Part shown: piece after piece, positions 15,385 to 23,754 of the stretch
Numbering within the stretch: the first letter of the stretch is position 1
Layout of the letters: each line of letters begins with the position of its first letter
Made by a program: the position numbers and the translations under genes
NCBI RefSeq assembly: GCF_001652585.1
Contig: NZ_LWLG01000016.1
Coordinates: 15,424 to 47,423, forward strand
Length of the DNA: 32,000 nucleotides
Reading direction: 5' to 3'
Origin: Thermosulfurimonas dismutans
GTDB lineage: Bacteria > Desulfobacterota > Thermodesulfobacteria > Thermodesulfobacteriales > Thermodesulfobacteriaceae
Notes under the pieces: generated by a model
The model's input: the letters and a program-made list of their open reading frames with translations, nothing else
The model's database searches: none
Told to the model about the DNA's origin: nothing

Positions 15385-16245
15385 ATGGAAGAGCTTCTGA
15401 CCACCAAAGAAGTAGCGCGCCTATTGCGGGTAAATGAAAAGAAAGTTTATCAACTTATCAAAGAAGCGGGTTTGCCCCATGTAAGGATTGCCGGTAAGTG
15501 GCTTTTTCCTAAAGAACATCTAAACCATTGGCTTCGAGAAAGGATTCAAACGGAAAAGGATTTGAGACTGGGAGGCAGTGACGATCCTCTTTTGTTGAAG
15601 TTCTTATCTTCTTTTAATCGCAAAGATCCTCTCCAAAGAACGGTTTTTTATGCGGCTATAGGGAGTCGCTTGGGACTAATGGCCCTTAAAGAAGCAAAAG
15701 TGGAAGGATGTTGCTGTCACTTGTTGGATCCTGAAACTCAAGAATACAATTTGCCTTTTTTGAAAAAGTGGTTTCAGGCCGGGACTTACGTAGTGGTAAC
15801 CTTATGGCATAGAAGGCAGGGCCTTTACCTTGCCAAAGGGAATCCTCTTGGCATCAAGGATCTCAAAGATGCCGTGTCGAAGGGGGCCCGTTTTATCAAC
15901 CGCAACAAAGGTTCTGGCACAAGGCATTTGTTGGATCTGATCCTAGAACAAGAAAACATTTCTTCAGAAGAAGTGGTCGGATTTCGTCAGGAAGTGAGCA
16001 CTCATTTTGAAGTAGCTCTGAAGGTTTTTTTGGGAGAGGCGGACGCGGGTTTAGGTATAGAATACATGGCGCATCTTTTCGGACTAGAATTTATCCCTTT
16101 AGTGGAGGAGCGTTTCGATTTAGTGTTTTCTTCTCTGGTTTGGGAAACCGAGAAAGTAAAAAATTTTCTTTCCTTCCTTTTTTCTGCTAACTGGCATAAA
16201 GTCCCTGGATATAGTTTTAGGGATACGGGCAAGATCCTTGTTTAG
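15385..16245 (+). CDS. Transcriptional regulator: excisionase/MerR-like HTH + cytoplasmic PBP-like ligand domain (candidate tungstate/molybdate sensor)
   Basis: The HTH is TTKEVARLLRVNEKKVYQLIKEAGLPHVRIAGKWLFPKEHLNHWL. The C-terminal ~225 aa is homologous to the extra domain of the MoeA fusion. I prefer the start at ATG 15385; the track start is TTG 15349. The gene is divergent from tupABC. Confidence 0.8.
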   Translation: MEELLTTKEVARLLRVNEKKVYQLIKEAGLPHVRIAGKWLFPKEHLNHWLRERIQTEKDLRLGGSDDPLLLKFLSSFNRKDPLQRTVFYAAIGSRLGLMALKEAKVEGCCCHLLDPETQEYNLPFLKKWFQAGTYVVVTLWHRRQGLYLAKGNPLGIKDLKDAVSKGARFINRNKGSGTRHLLDLILEQENISSEEVVGFRQEVSTHFEVALKVFLGEADAGLGIEYMAHLFGLEFIPLVEERFDLVFSSLVWETEKVKNFLSFLFSANWHKVPGYSFRDTGKILV

Positions 16246-16290
16246 CTGGCAAGGAGTAGAGGCCTCGGGGAGCGCGATTTCTCCGCTATG

Positions 16291-16322
16291 ATTAAAAATC
16301 TCGCCGAACAGCCAGGCGAGAT
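16291..16322 (-). terminator. Rho-independent terminator candidate after cbiGH
   Basis: The minus-strand RNA reads AUCUCGCC-UGGCUGUUC-GGCGAGAU followed by UUUUAAU: an 8-bp stem, a 9-nt loop and a U-tract. It begins at the cbiGH stop codon. Confidence 0.5.
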
Positions 16323-18064
16323 CAGAACCTTCGTCCCCGGTAGCCTCGAGGAGTCACCAACCAATTATGGAAAATGAAAGTCTCAGAGTTTCCGATGAAG
16401 ACCGTGGTCTGCATATCTATCTCATGAAGGAGCATATCTTCCAGGGTGGTTAGAGTCAAAGTCTCTTCTTCTCGGCTTACAGCCCGAGCCAGCCCCACCG
16501 GGGTTTTGCCGGAGCGATATTCTAGAAGAATATCGCGGGCTCGGGCTAAGTGTTCCCTGCGGGAGCGACTCTTGGGATTGTAAATTACGATCACGAAATC
16601 GGCCTCGGCTGCGGCTCTAAGGCGTTTTTCGATGGTCTCCCAGGGAGTCAGGCGGTCCGAAAGGCTTATGACCGCAAAGTCGTGCATGAGAGGGGCCCCC
16701 AGACGGGCAGCACAAGCGTTCAAGGCCGAAAGCCCAGGGATAACTTCGACCTCAAAACTTCCGAAAAGGTCTTCCTCCCGCATGAGCTCGAAGACCAGGC
16801 CGGCAAGGCCGTAGATTCCGGAATCCCCTCCGCTTACCAGGGCCACGGAATAGCCCCCTTGGGCAAGCTCAAGGGCCTTTTTCACCCGGTCAACCTCTTG
16901 GGTCATCCCGGTGCCGTAAACCTGCTTTCCGGAAAGGAGGGGTTTGATGAGGGCTAGGTATCGGTGGTAGCCCACTACGTGGGTGGCCAGGCGGATAGCC
17001 CTGCGGGCCAGAGGGGTGAGTTCCTCGAGGGCCCCCGGACCGGTGCCCACGATGAAGAGCTTTCCTTTTCGTCGAAGGGCCTCAGCCACCGCCACCGTAA
17101 CCTCTGGGGTTTTTTCCTTGGAAACGATGAGCCTGCTCCCCGGTCCGGCACCGAGGAGGGCTGCGGGTTCGGCCACCGCAAGCGCCCCGGTGGCGGCCCG
17201 GGCGGCCTCTGAGATTTCAAGGCCATATTCTTTCACCGCCCGGTTAAGGGCCTCGGCCGAAAACCCCAGAGCCTTGAGGTCGCGTTTCGAAAGCCAGGCA
17301 GAAAACCCCGGCTCATGTAGTTTATGGTCCAGGGTGCCCACCCCCCTTATGGCCTTTAAGGAAAGGCCGTGTTTTTCGAAGACCCTCGAGACCGCCTCTT
17401 CGATTTTTTCGGTAGGGGTTCCGCGATTGAATCCCAGGCCCAGAAAAAGGACCCTTGGCCTTGCGAAAAGCACCTTCTTCGGAACCTCAAGTTTGCGGTA
17501 GGAGACCACCAGGTCAGCCTCCTCGGGACGTTCTACCCTTTCCCAGACCTCCGGAAGGTTTACCGGGTAATCCGTAAAGGTTTTTAAACTACGGTTCCTG
17601 AGATAGCAGGCGGTAACCTCCGGTATCAGATCCTCGGGCTCAAGGATGAGGTCGTTTTCCTCGGCCCAGAGATCGAGGGCCGGAAGGCCTGAAAGATCGC
17701 TTGCGGTGGTAATCACAGACTGGGCCCCGATTAGGGCCGCGATCTCACAGGCAAGCTCGTTGGCTCCACCGAGGTGTCCGGAAAGGAGACTTATAGCGAA
17801 TTTCCCGGCTTCATCCAGCACCACCACTGCAGGGTCTTCCTTCTTGCTCTTTAGTAGTTCGGCTATAGTGCGCACGACGATGCCACAGGCCATAACGAAA
17901 ATAAGGCCTCGAGCCTCGGGCCAGCACTTGGCGACCTTTTCTTTGGAAAGTTTTTCTATGCTAGCTTCTGGAAAATAATCGGATAGCTTCTCACAAAGGG
18001 CCCGGCCTCGATCACTCAAATAAAACAGAAACAGGGGTTTAGACTTGTTAAGTCTTGCGGTCAT
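16322..18064 (-). CDS. cbiGH: Fusion of CbiG (cobalt-precorrin-5A hydrolase) and CbiH (cobalt-factor III / precorrin-3 C17-methyltransferase)
   Basis: 580 aa. CbiG blocks: GIVVRTIAELLKSKKEDPAVVVLDEAGKFAISLLSGHLGGANELA, ITTASD, LGLGFNRG. The CbiH half begins GKLFIVGTGPGALEELT and has SGGDSGIYG. It overlaps the cbiF stop by 17 nt. Confidence 0.88.
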   Translation of the reverse strand: MTARLNKSKPLFLFYLSDRGRALCEKLSDYFPEASIEKLSKEKVAKCWPEARGLIFVMACGIVVRTIAELLKSKKEDPAVVVLDEAGKFAISLLSGHLGGANELACEIAALIGAQSVITTASDLSGLPALDLWAEENDLILEPEDLIPEVTACYLRNRSLKTFTDYPVNLPEVWERVERPEEADLVVSYRKLEVPKKVLFARPRVLFLGLGFNRGTPTEKIEEAVSRVFEKHGLSLKAIRGVGTLDHKLHEPGFSAWLSKRDLKALGFSAEALNRAVKEYGLEISEAARAATGALAVAEPAALLGAGPGSRLIVSKEKTPEVTVAVAEALRRKGKLFIVGTGPGALEELTPLARRAIRLATHVVGYHRYLALIKPLLSGKQVYGTGMTQEVDRVKKALELAQGGYSVALVSGGDSGIYGLAGLVFELMREEDLFGSFEVEVIPGLSALNACAARLGAPLMHDFAVISLSDRLTPWETIEKRLRAAAEADFVIVIYNPKSRSRREHLARARDILLEYRSGKTPVGLARAVSREEETLTLTTLEDMLLHEIDMQTTVFIGNSETFIFHNWLVTPRGYRGRRF

Positions 18065-18785
18065 AAAGTTTTGAACGGGTGCGCTGGGGGTGTTCGAGTA
18101 CTTCTAAGGCCTTACCTACATAGATCAGAGCGGTTTTGCGGATGCCGGCCTCCTCTACTAAGCGGGCCAGATCTGCGAGCCGCCCCCGCACGATCCTTTC
18201 TTCCGGGAAACCCAGTTTCTCGGCCACGGCCACCGGGGTTTCCGGGGATAACCTTTGGAGTAAAGCTTCCTCAATGGTTTGGGCCCGGTGTACGCTTAAA
18301 AAGATAACTAGGGTGACGTCTTCTCTGGCGAAATAGGCCAGGTCTTCGGGACTCGGACCGGGGGTTTTACCCCCCAAACGGGTGAATATCACTGTTTGAG
18401 CCACTTCAGGGACGGTAAGCTCAAGACCGAGTCTAGCCGCCCCTAAGGAGGCCGAGCTCACCCCCGGAATGACCTCGTAAGGAATGTTAAGGTCTCTTAG
18501 TCTGGCAATCTCTTCGTTGATGGCACTGTAAAAAGCCGTATCTCCGCTATGAAGTCGGATTACAATCTGGCCTCTGGAGGTGGCCTGGGCCATGAGAGCT
18601 ACGATCTCTTCGAGATCCCGGCCGTGAGAGTCGTAAAGCTCTGCCTCAAGGCCAGAGAGGAGCTCCGGATTAATCAGGCTTCCGGCATAGATAATGACTT
18701 GGGCCTTTTGCAGAAGTTTCCAGCCCTTTACGGTGATGAGTTCGGGATCACCCGGCCCGGCCCCAAGGAAGTAGACCTTAGACAT
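18048..18785 (-). CDS. cbiF: Cobalt-precorrin-4 C11-methyltransferase
   Basis: 245 aa. VYFLGAGPGDPELITVKG, IIYAGSLI, RLHSGDTAFYSAI, EVIPGVSS. Confidence 0.9.
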   Translation of the reverse strand: MSKVYFLGAGPGDPELITVKGWKLLQKAQVIIYAGSLINPELLSGLEAELYDSHGRDLEEIVALMAQATSRGQIVIRLHSGDTAFYSAINEEIARLRDLNIPYEVIPGVSSASLGAARLGLELTVPEVAQTVIFTRLGGKTPGPSPEDLAYFAREDVTLVIFLSVHRAQTIEEALLQRLSPETPVAVAEKLGFPEERIVRGRLADLARLVEEAGIRKTALIYVGKALEVLEHPQRTRSKLYDRKT

Positions 18786-18795
18786 GCCAAAGATT

Positions 18796-20031
18796 TTACC
18801 CCTTTTCCCCTACCACCACAAATACGGGGTTTTCGGCCCGCAGGTGGATATGTTCACCCAGGGGCTTAGATCGAGCCACTTGGATCTCAAGTAATTCTCG
18901 GAAAAGCCTCCGGGACTTTAGAAATTCTAAGGCCAGGCTGAGGTGATCCATAGTGGCTAGGGTCAGAACGAGGCGGCCCTTTGAAAGGTTTTCTGAGACT
19001 GCCTCTAAGATCTCGAGAAGTTTTCCCCCTGACCCTCCGATGAAGACCTGGTTCGGCTGCGGGAGTTTCTCCAGGACTTCTGGGGCCTCGCCGGAGATCA
19101 CCTCCAGATTGAGAAGCCCGAAGCGTTTCCGATTTTCGTGGAGATAAGCCACCCTCTCGGGATGCCTTTCTATGGCAAAGACTCTTAATAAGGGAAGGGC
19201 TCGGGCCACTTCGCAGGCCAGTCCTCCCGCTCCGGCTCCGATATCCCAGAAGATTCCTCGTTCTGGAAGCCGGAGTTTGTGTACCACTACCGCCCGCACT
19301 TCATCCTTGGTGATAAGCCCCCGGGGATGGATGATCTCCGAGGTCTCAAGCCCGAAGCCCCTTTCCCTCCCCGGGCCATCATAAGTGAGGATCACCAGGT
19401 TAGGGTCCCGAAAGGACTCTTGGGCTATCTCAGAAAGGCGACCGCCAACGATTCTTTCTTCGGGATAACCTAACTTTTCGCACACAAATATCCTCAAGTC
19501 TTCGGATGGAACCCGTTCCTTTAAGAAAGAGACTATTTTCCGGGGATTATTTTGCGGGTCGGTGAAGACGCAGAGGCGGCCATAGAGTCGTAGAAGTCCG
19601 GGGAGATCATGAAGATCGAAAGCCCGTGTAGTGGCTCCGGCGCCATGAAGGCTTACAAAGAAAAAGTCTTCCCAGGGGATTTTCAGACGGGCGAAGGCCA
19701 GTTGGGGAAAACTCAAGGCCGGAAAGATCTGGACCCGTTCAGGGCCGAATCTTTCAACCAGGCGTTTTCCGATCCCGAAAAAGAGGGGATCCCCGCTGGC
19801 GAGGAAGGCCACCGATTGCCCCTGTTCTTCGGCCGCTTCGAGCTGAGATAGGGCCTCACCGAGCTTTCGATAGGTTTTAAGTCTAGGGTGTAGGGAAGAC
19901 GGAAGTACGGCTTCTGCCAAACTGAGGATCCTTTCCGAAAGCAAGATGGTTTCGGCCCGCTCAAGGGCCTTGAGGGCGCCGGATAAAAGACCTTCTTCGG
20001 ATAGACCTATGAGATAAATCTCAAAGCTCAA
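18796..20031 (-). CDS. cbiET: Cobalt-precorrin-6B/7 methyltransferase-decarboxylase fusion CbiE/CbiT
   Basis: 411 aa. The N-terminal tetrapyrrole-methylase half has LASGDPLFFG. The C-terminal CbiT half has ITKDEVRAVVVHKLRL and the SAM motif WDIGAGAGG. The TTG start overlaps the cbiD stop by 11 nt. Confidence 0.85.
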   Translation of the reverse strand: MSFEIYLIGLSEEGLLSGALKALERAETILLSERILSLAEAVLPSSLHPRLKTYRKLGEALSQLEAAEEQGQSVAFLASGDPLFFGIGKRLVERFGPERVQIFPALSFPQLAFARLKIPWEDFFFVSLHGAGATTRAFDLHDLPGLLRLYGRLCVFTDPQNNPRKIVSFLKERVPSEDLRIFVCEKLGYPEERIVGGRLSEIAQESFRDPNLVILTYDGPGRERGFGLETSEIIHPRGLITKDEVRAVVVHKLRLPERGIFWDIGAGAGGLACEVARALPLLRVFAIERHPERVAYLHENRKRFGLLNLEVISGEAPEVLEKLPQPNQVFIGGSGGKLLEILEAVSENLSKGRLVLTLATMDHLSLALEFLKSRRLFRELLEIQVARSKPLGEHIHLRAENPVFVVVGEKG

Positions 20032-21124
20032 AGATGACCTCCCGCCGATAGTCTACTAGATAGACCTTCACCGTAAGGCCCGGAGCAAGCCTTTCGGCAA
20101 AAAGCCGGGCCAGGGTAAGCACCTGCTGAAATACGGAGACGCGGATCTTTTCCGGAAGCTCGAGGAGGACTTCGAAGATCTCTCGGGCGGTATTGAAGGG
20201 TTGCTTGTGGGCCAATTCTCTAGGGAAACCGGCCTCAAGGAGAAGGGGTAGGGCCTCTTCGGGCCTCACGGCCCCGTGTCTCACATGGGTGGTGAAACCA
20301 TAGGTTTCAGAGATCCGAGGAGGATTCCTATAGGCCAGGGCACATTTCAGGAGTTTGGCCCACTGGCCCACTAAATGAACCCTCTGGAACTTTTCCCTTT
20401 GAGCGGCCTTGAGGGTAAACTCCAGGAAGTCTCCCATGAGCACATAGGCCTCTTCCGGGAAACCGTAGCGTTTCATGTGGGCGAGCTCCGAGGTTCGGCC
20501 GAAGGAGAGTACGGCTTCCGACAGGCCTACTGCCCGGGCCACCCTCAGGGAGGCCTCGATGGTGGCCAACCAAGCCTCGGAGGAAAGGGGTTTTACGATT
20601 CCGGTAGTCCCAAGTATGGATATTCCTCCCAGGATACCCAACCTGGGGTTCAAGGTCTTCTTGGCCAACTCCTCTCCATGGGGTACGGAAATGGTGATTT
20701 CAAGACTTAAAGGTTTCCCGGATAGGGCCTCCTTTACAGCTTGTTGAATCATCTTTCGGGGTACGGGATTGATGGCCGGCTCGCCTACAGGCACCGGAAG
20801 TCCGGGTTTGGTGACTACTCCAACCCCGGGGCCACCCTTTAAAACCATGCGGTTTCCGTTTTCGGAAAGGATTCTTACCGTAGCCACGATCTCGGCCCTG
20901 TTGGTGATGTCCGGGTCGTCTCCAGCGTCTTTGATGACCGAGGCGGTGGCGGAATCTCCTTCAATCTCAAGCCGATGGATCGGAAGCCGGTGGCGGCTTT
21001 CGTCGGGAAGGGTAACCTCCACCTCCCGGACTTCTTTTCCCATGATGAGAAGAGTAGCGGCTTTGGCTGCCGCCGCGGCACAGGTGCCGGTGGTGTAACC
21101 CGTTCTAAGCCGACGTCTGGCCAT
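20021..21124 (-). CDS. cbiD: Cobalt-precorrin-5B C1-methyltransferase
   Basis: 367 aa. LRTGYTTGTCAAAAAKAA, VIKDAGDDPDITN, GPGVGVVTKPGL, GGISILGTTGIVKPLS. Confidence 0.9.
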   Translation of the reverse strand: MARRRLRTGYTTGTCAAAAAKAATLLIMGKEVREVEVTLPDESRHRLPIHRLEIEGDSATASVIKDAGDDPDITNRAEIVATVRILSENGNRMVLKGGPGVGVVTKPGLPVPVGEPAINPVPRKMIQQAVKEALSGKPLSLEITISVPHGEELAKKTLNPRLGILGGISILGTTGIVKPLSSEAWLATIEASLRVARAVGLSEAVLSFGRTSELAHMKRYGFPEEAYVLMGDFLEFTLKAAQREKFQRVHLVGQWAKLLKCALAYRNPPRISETYGFTTHVRHGAVRPEEALPLLLEAGFPRELAHKQPFNTAREIFEVLLELPEKIRVSVFQQVLTLARLFAERLAPGLTVKVYLVDYRREVIFEL

Positions 21125-21995
21125 CGCTCAGGCGAAGGAGGGCGTTTATCACCGCTGCGGCCGCCGCCGAACCTCCGCGGGGGCCGAGGTTGGTGAAATA
21201 TGGGTAAGGTTGCAAGCTTAGAAGGAGTTTGGCCTCCGCGGCTTTAACGAAACCTACCGGAAGACCGATGACCAGGATTTTTCGAGGATTCTCCCTTAGA
21301 TGCCTAATGGTGGCTAAAAGGGCCGTGGGGGCGTTACCGATGGCTACGATACCTACCTTGGGATTTTCGGAAAGGACCTTTTCGATAGCGGCTTCAGTGC
21401 GGGTCTTACCGGAAGGGGGTTCAGAAATCTCTGAAAGCCCGCAGAGGACCCTTCCGCCCCAACGAGTTAGCCGTCTTTCATTGATAGCACTTCTGAGCAT
21501 CTCTACATCGGTTAAGATGTCATAACCTGAATGGATGAGCTCAATTCCAGTTTCAACCGCCTGAGGATGTATGAGAAGGGTTTGCGGAAACGTCAGGTCT
21601 CCGGTGGCATGGATCAAACGCAGAATGATGGGCCGAAGCTCCGGGGGATAGGAGGCAAGATCTACAAGAGAAGAGATGATCTCAAAGCTCGTCTCCTCGA
21701 TCTTTTGCGGTTCGTTGGCCTCGGAAAGGAGGGCCAGAGTTTCGACCGTGACTTTTGGGGCGTCTTCGTTCGCCCAGATGAATTCTACCTCATGGAAGCG
21801 GGAAGCCAGCCTTCGGAGGATGGCCAAAAGGTCCTTTGGCAGGGCATGGACGATTAGGCGTCGCAGACCTTCTTCCTTAGCCCGGGAAAGTCTTCCCGGA
21901 AATTCCTCGGGGGTCAAGACCTCGAAGGCGCCCTTTAGGGGAAGGAAAAATCCCTTTATACTGGGCTCAACCACTAAAAAGAATCGAGTTTGCAT
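21105..21995 (-). CDS. cbiC: Cobalt-precorrin-8 methylmutase CbiC with ~95-aa N-terminal extension of unknown function
   Basis: The CbiC core runs from ~aa 96 (EPQKIEETSFEIISS..., LIHATGDL, ILTDVEM, IVAIGNAPTAL, VIGLPVGFV, GGSAAAAAVINAL). I chose the ATG at 21995 rather than the track start at 22259, because the upstream part is a Lys/Arg-rich reading that overlaps btuC on the other strand. Confidence 0.75.
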   Translation of the reverse strand: MQTRFFLVVEPSIKGFFLPLKGAFEVLTPEEFPGRLSRAKEEGLRRLIVHALPKDLLAILRRLASRFHEVEFIWANEDAPKVTVETLALLSEANEPQKIEETSFEIISSLVDLASYPPELRPIILRLIHATGDLTFPQTLLIHPQAVETGIELIHSGYDILTDVEMLRSAINERRLTRWGGRVLCGLSEISEPPSGKTRTEAAIEKVLSENPKVGIVAIGNAPTALLATIRHLRENPRKILVIGLPVGFVKAAEAKLLLSLQPYPYFTNLGPRGGSAAAAAVINALLRLSDGQTSA

Positions 21996-22040
21996 GGAAG
22001 CAAGTTTAATGCGTATGCCTTTCAGGGACAACTTGGGATT

Positions 22041-23009
22041 ATGCGTCGGGAAACTCTGATCGTAGGTACTCTCGTGGTGGTTTTTTTTCTGTCTCTGGTT
22101 CTGGCCATCAGGTATGGGGCGGTGGCTATAGATTTTGCTCATCTTGATAAGATAGAGAAGAACATTCTTTTTCAGGTGCGTATTCCTCGAGTGGCGCTTG
22201 CGGCTTTGGTAGGAGCAGCCCTTTCTCTCTCGGGGCTTCTTTTTCAGTATGTGATGCAAAACCCCCTGGCAGACGCCTTTACCACCGGGGCCGCGGCCTC
22301 TTCCGCCCTGGGGGCAGTAGCCGCCCTGGTCCTTGGTGCCGAGGCCCTAGTACTTCCTTCCGGGCTTTGTGGGGCCATGGTGGGGTTGTTTACGGTCTTT
22401 CGAGTGGCCTCTTTTCGGGGAAGGCTCCTTCCGGTAACTATGTTGCTTGCCGGAATAGTAGTAAGCACCTTTGCCTCCGCGGCTATAAGTCTTCTCAAGT
22501 TCCTCCACGAGGATTCTGTGGCCTCCATCGTTTTCTGGCTCATGGGGGGATTCCAAAATGCATCTTACGGACGGGTGGGTTTGCTGGTCCTAGTGATTGG
22601 AGGAACGTTGATCTTTCTTTGGAAACGTCGGTTGGCTTTGGACCTTGCGGCCTTTGACGATGCCACCGCGGTCTCAAGTGGTCTTTCCATTGACCGTTTG
22701 CGGCGGGAACTCCTTTTTCTGGGGGCCCTTCTTACCTCTGTAAGCGTGGCTTTTTCTGGGATTATAGGTTTCGTAGGGCTGATCGTACCGCACATCCTTA
22801 GGCTCTGTGGCTTCTATAGGGCCGAACACCTTATTGCCCTAAGCCTCCTTTTCGGCTCTACTTTTATGCTACTCGCCGATCTAGCTGCCAGGAGCATTCT
22901 GCCCGGAGGGGAGGAACTTCCGGTGGGCGTGCTCACCTCTTCCCTAGGGGGGCTCTTTTTCCTCTATCTGTTGATCCATCGCAAGAGGCAACTTTATGAA
23001 ATGGATTGA
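22041..23009 (+). CDS. FecCD/BtuC-family ABC permease (corrinoid or iron-chelate importer)
   Basis: About 322 aa from the ATG at 22041 (MRRETLIVGTLVVVFF), multi-TM. FecCD-type blocks: NPLADAFTTGAAASSALG, IGFVGLIVPHILR, LPVGVLTS. Confidence 0.85.
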   Translation: MRRETLIVGTLVVVFFLSLVLAIRYGAVAIDFAHLDKIEKNILFQVRIPRVALAALVGAALSLSGLLFQYVMQNPLADAFTTGAAASSALGAVAALVLGAEALVLPSGLCGAMVGLFTVFRVASFRGRLLPVTMLLAGIVVSTFASAAISLLKFLHEDSVASIVFWLMGGFQNASYGRVGLLVLVIGGTLIFLWKRRLALDLAAFDDATAVSSGLSIDRLRRELLFLGALLTSVSVAFSGIIGFVGLIVPHILRLCGFYRAEHLIALSLLFGSTFMLLADLAARSILPGGEELPVGVLTSSLGGLFFLYLLIHRKRQLYEMD

Positions 23010-23754
23010 ACTTCAGAATTTTGAGGTTCGACTGGCGTCCTTCGATCTCAAAGTTCCAGAACTGGCTCTTTGTCCGGGAAATCTGGTAGCCATCCTTGGG
23101 CCCAACGGTAGCGGAAAGTCTACCTTTCTTTCGGCTTTGGCAGGTTTGAGGCCTTATAAAGGTCGATACCTTTTCTTAGGTAAAGACTTTGAGGCCTATT
23201 CCGAGTCCGAGAGATATCGTTTTCTTTCCTATCTCCCCCAGGCTGGAAGGGTAGGGCTGCCCTTTGAGGTTTTTTACGTGGTGCTAACCGGCCGTTATCC
23301 TCTGGTGGGTGGAAATCGTTACTCCGAGAAAGACCATCTTGAGACCGAAAAGATACTCCGTGTTATGGATCTCTGGGACCTGAGACATCGGACATTTAAC
23401 GAACTTTCAGGAGGAGAAAGACAGCGGGTACTTTTAGCCCGGGCTTTAAATCGACAGGCGCAGATACTTTTCCTTGATGAACCCTTCAATGGTGTGGACC
23501 TCCGGCACCAGCACGCCATCTTGAAGTTTCTGAGAGAATATGTCCGTGGAGACCAGGCCCTTGCGCTGGTGGTGCTTCACGATCTTTCGCTTGCGGCTAG
23601 ATACTTCGATTACTTCTTGCTTTTCAAGGAAGGACTACTATTGCATCAGGCTAAACGTTCGCAGCTTGATCCCGCCCTCCTTTCGGAAGTCCTGGAGGTC
23701 AGGGTAGACTTTTTCCGGAAGGGGGACGAAATTTTAGTCTCAACAGGGGTCTAA
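22996..23754 (+). CDS. ABC importer ATP-binding protein (BtuD/FepC-like)
   Basis: 252 aa. Walker A GPNGSGKST, signature LSGGERQR, Walker B LFLDEPFNGVD, H-loop VLHDL. It overlaps the permease end by 14 nt. Confidence 0.88.
   Translation: MKWIELQNFEVRLASFDLKVPELALCPGNLVAILGPNGSGKSTFLSALAGLRPYKGRYLFLGKDFEAYSESERYRFLSYLPQAGRVGLPFEVFYVVLTGRYPLVGGNRYSEKDHLETEKILRVMDLWDLRHRTFNELSGGERQRVLLARALNRQAQILFLDEPFNGVDLRHQHAILKFLREYVRGDQALALVVLHDLSLAARYFDYFLLFKEGLLLHQAKRSQLDPALLSEVLEVRVDFFRKGDEILVSTGV

Noticed and set aside
21996-22259. The upstream 88 codons of the track ORF 21105-22259 (MHHILKKKPRERKGCSYQSRKRH...).
   Set aside because: This stretch is a Lys/Arg/His-rich, non-protein-like reading that overlaps the well-supported permease gene on the opposite strand. 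The ATG at 21995 gives a sensible start.
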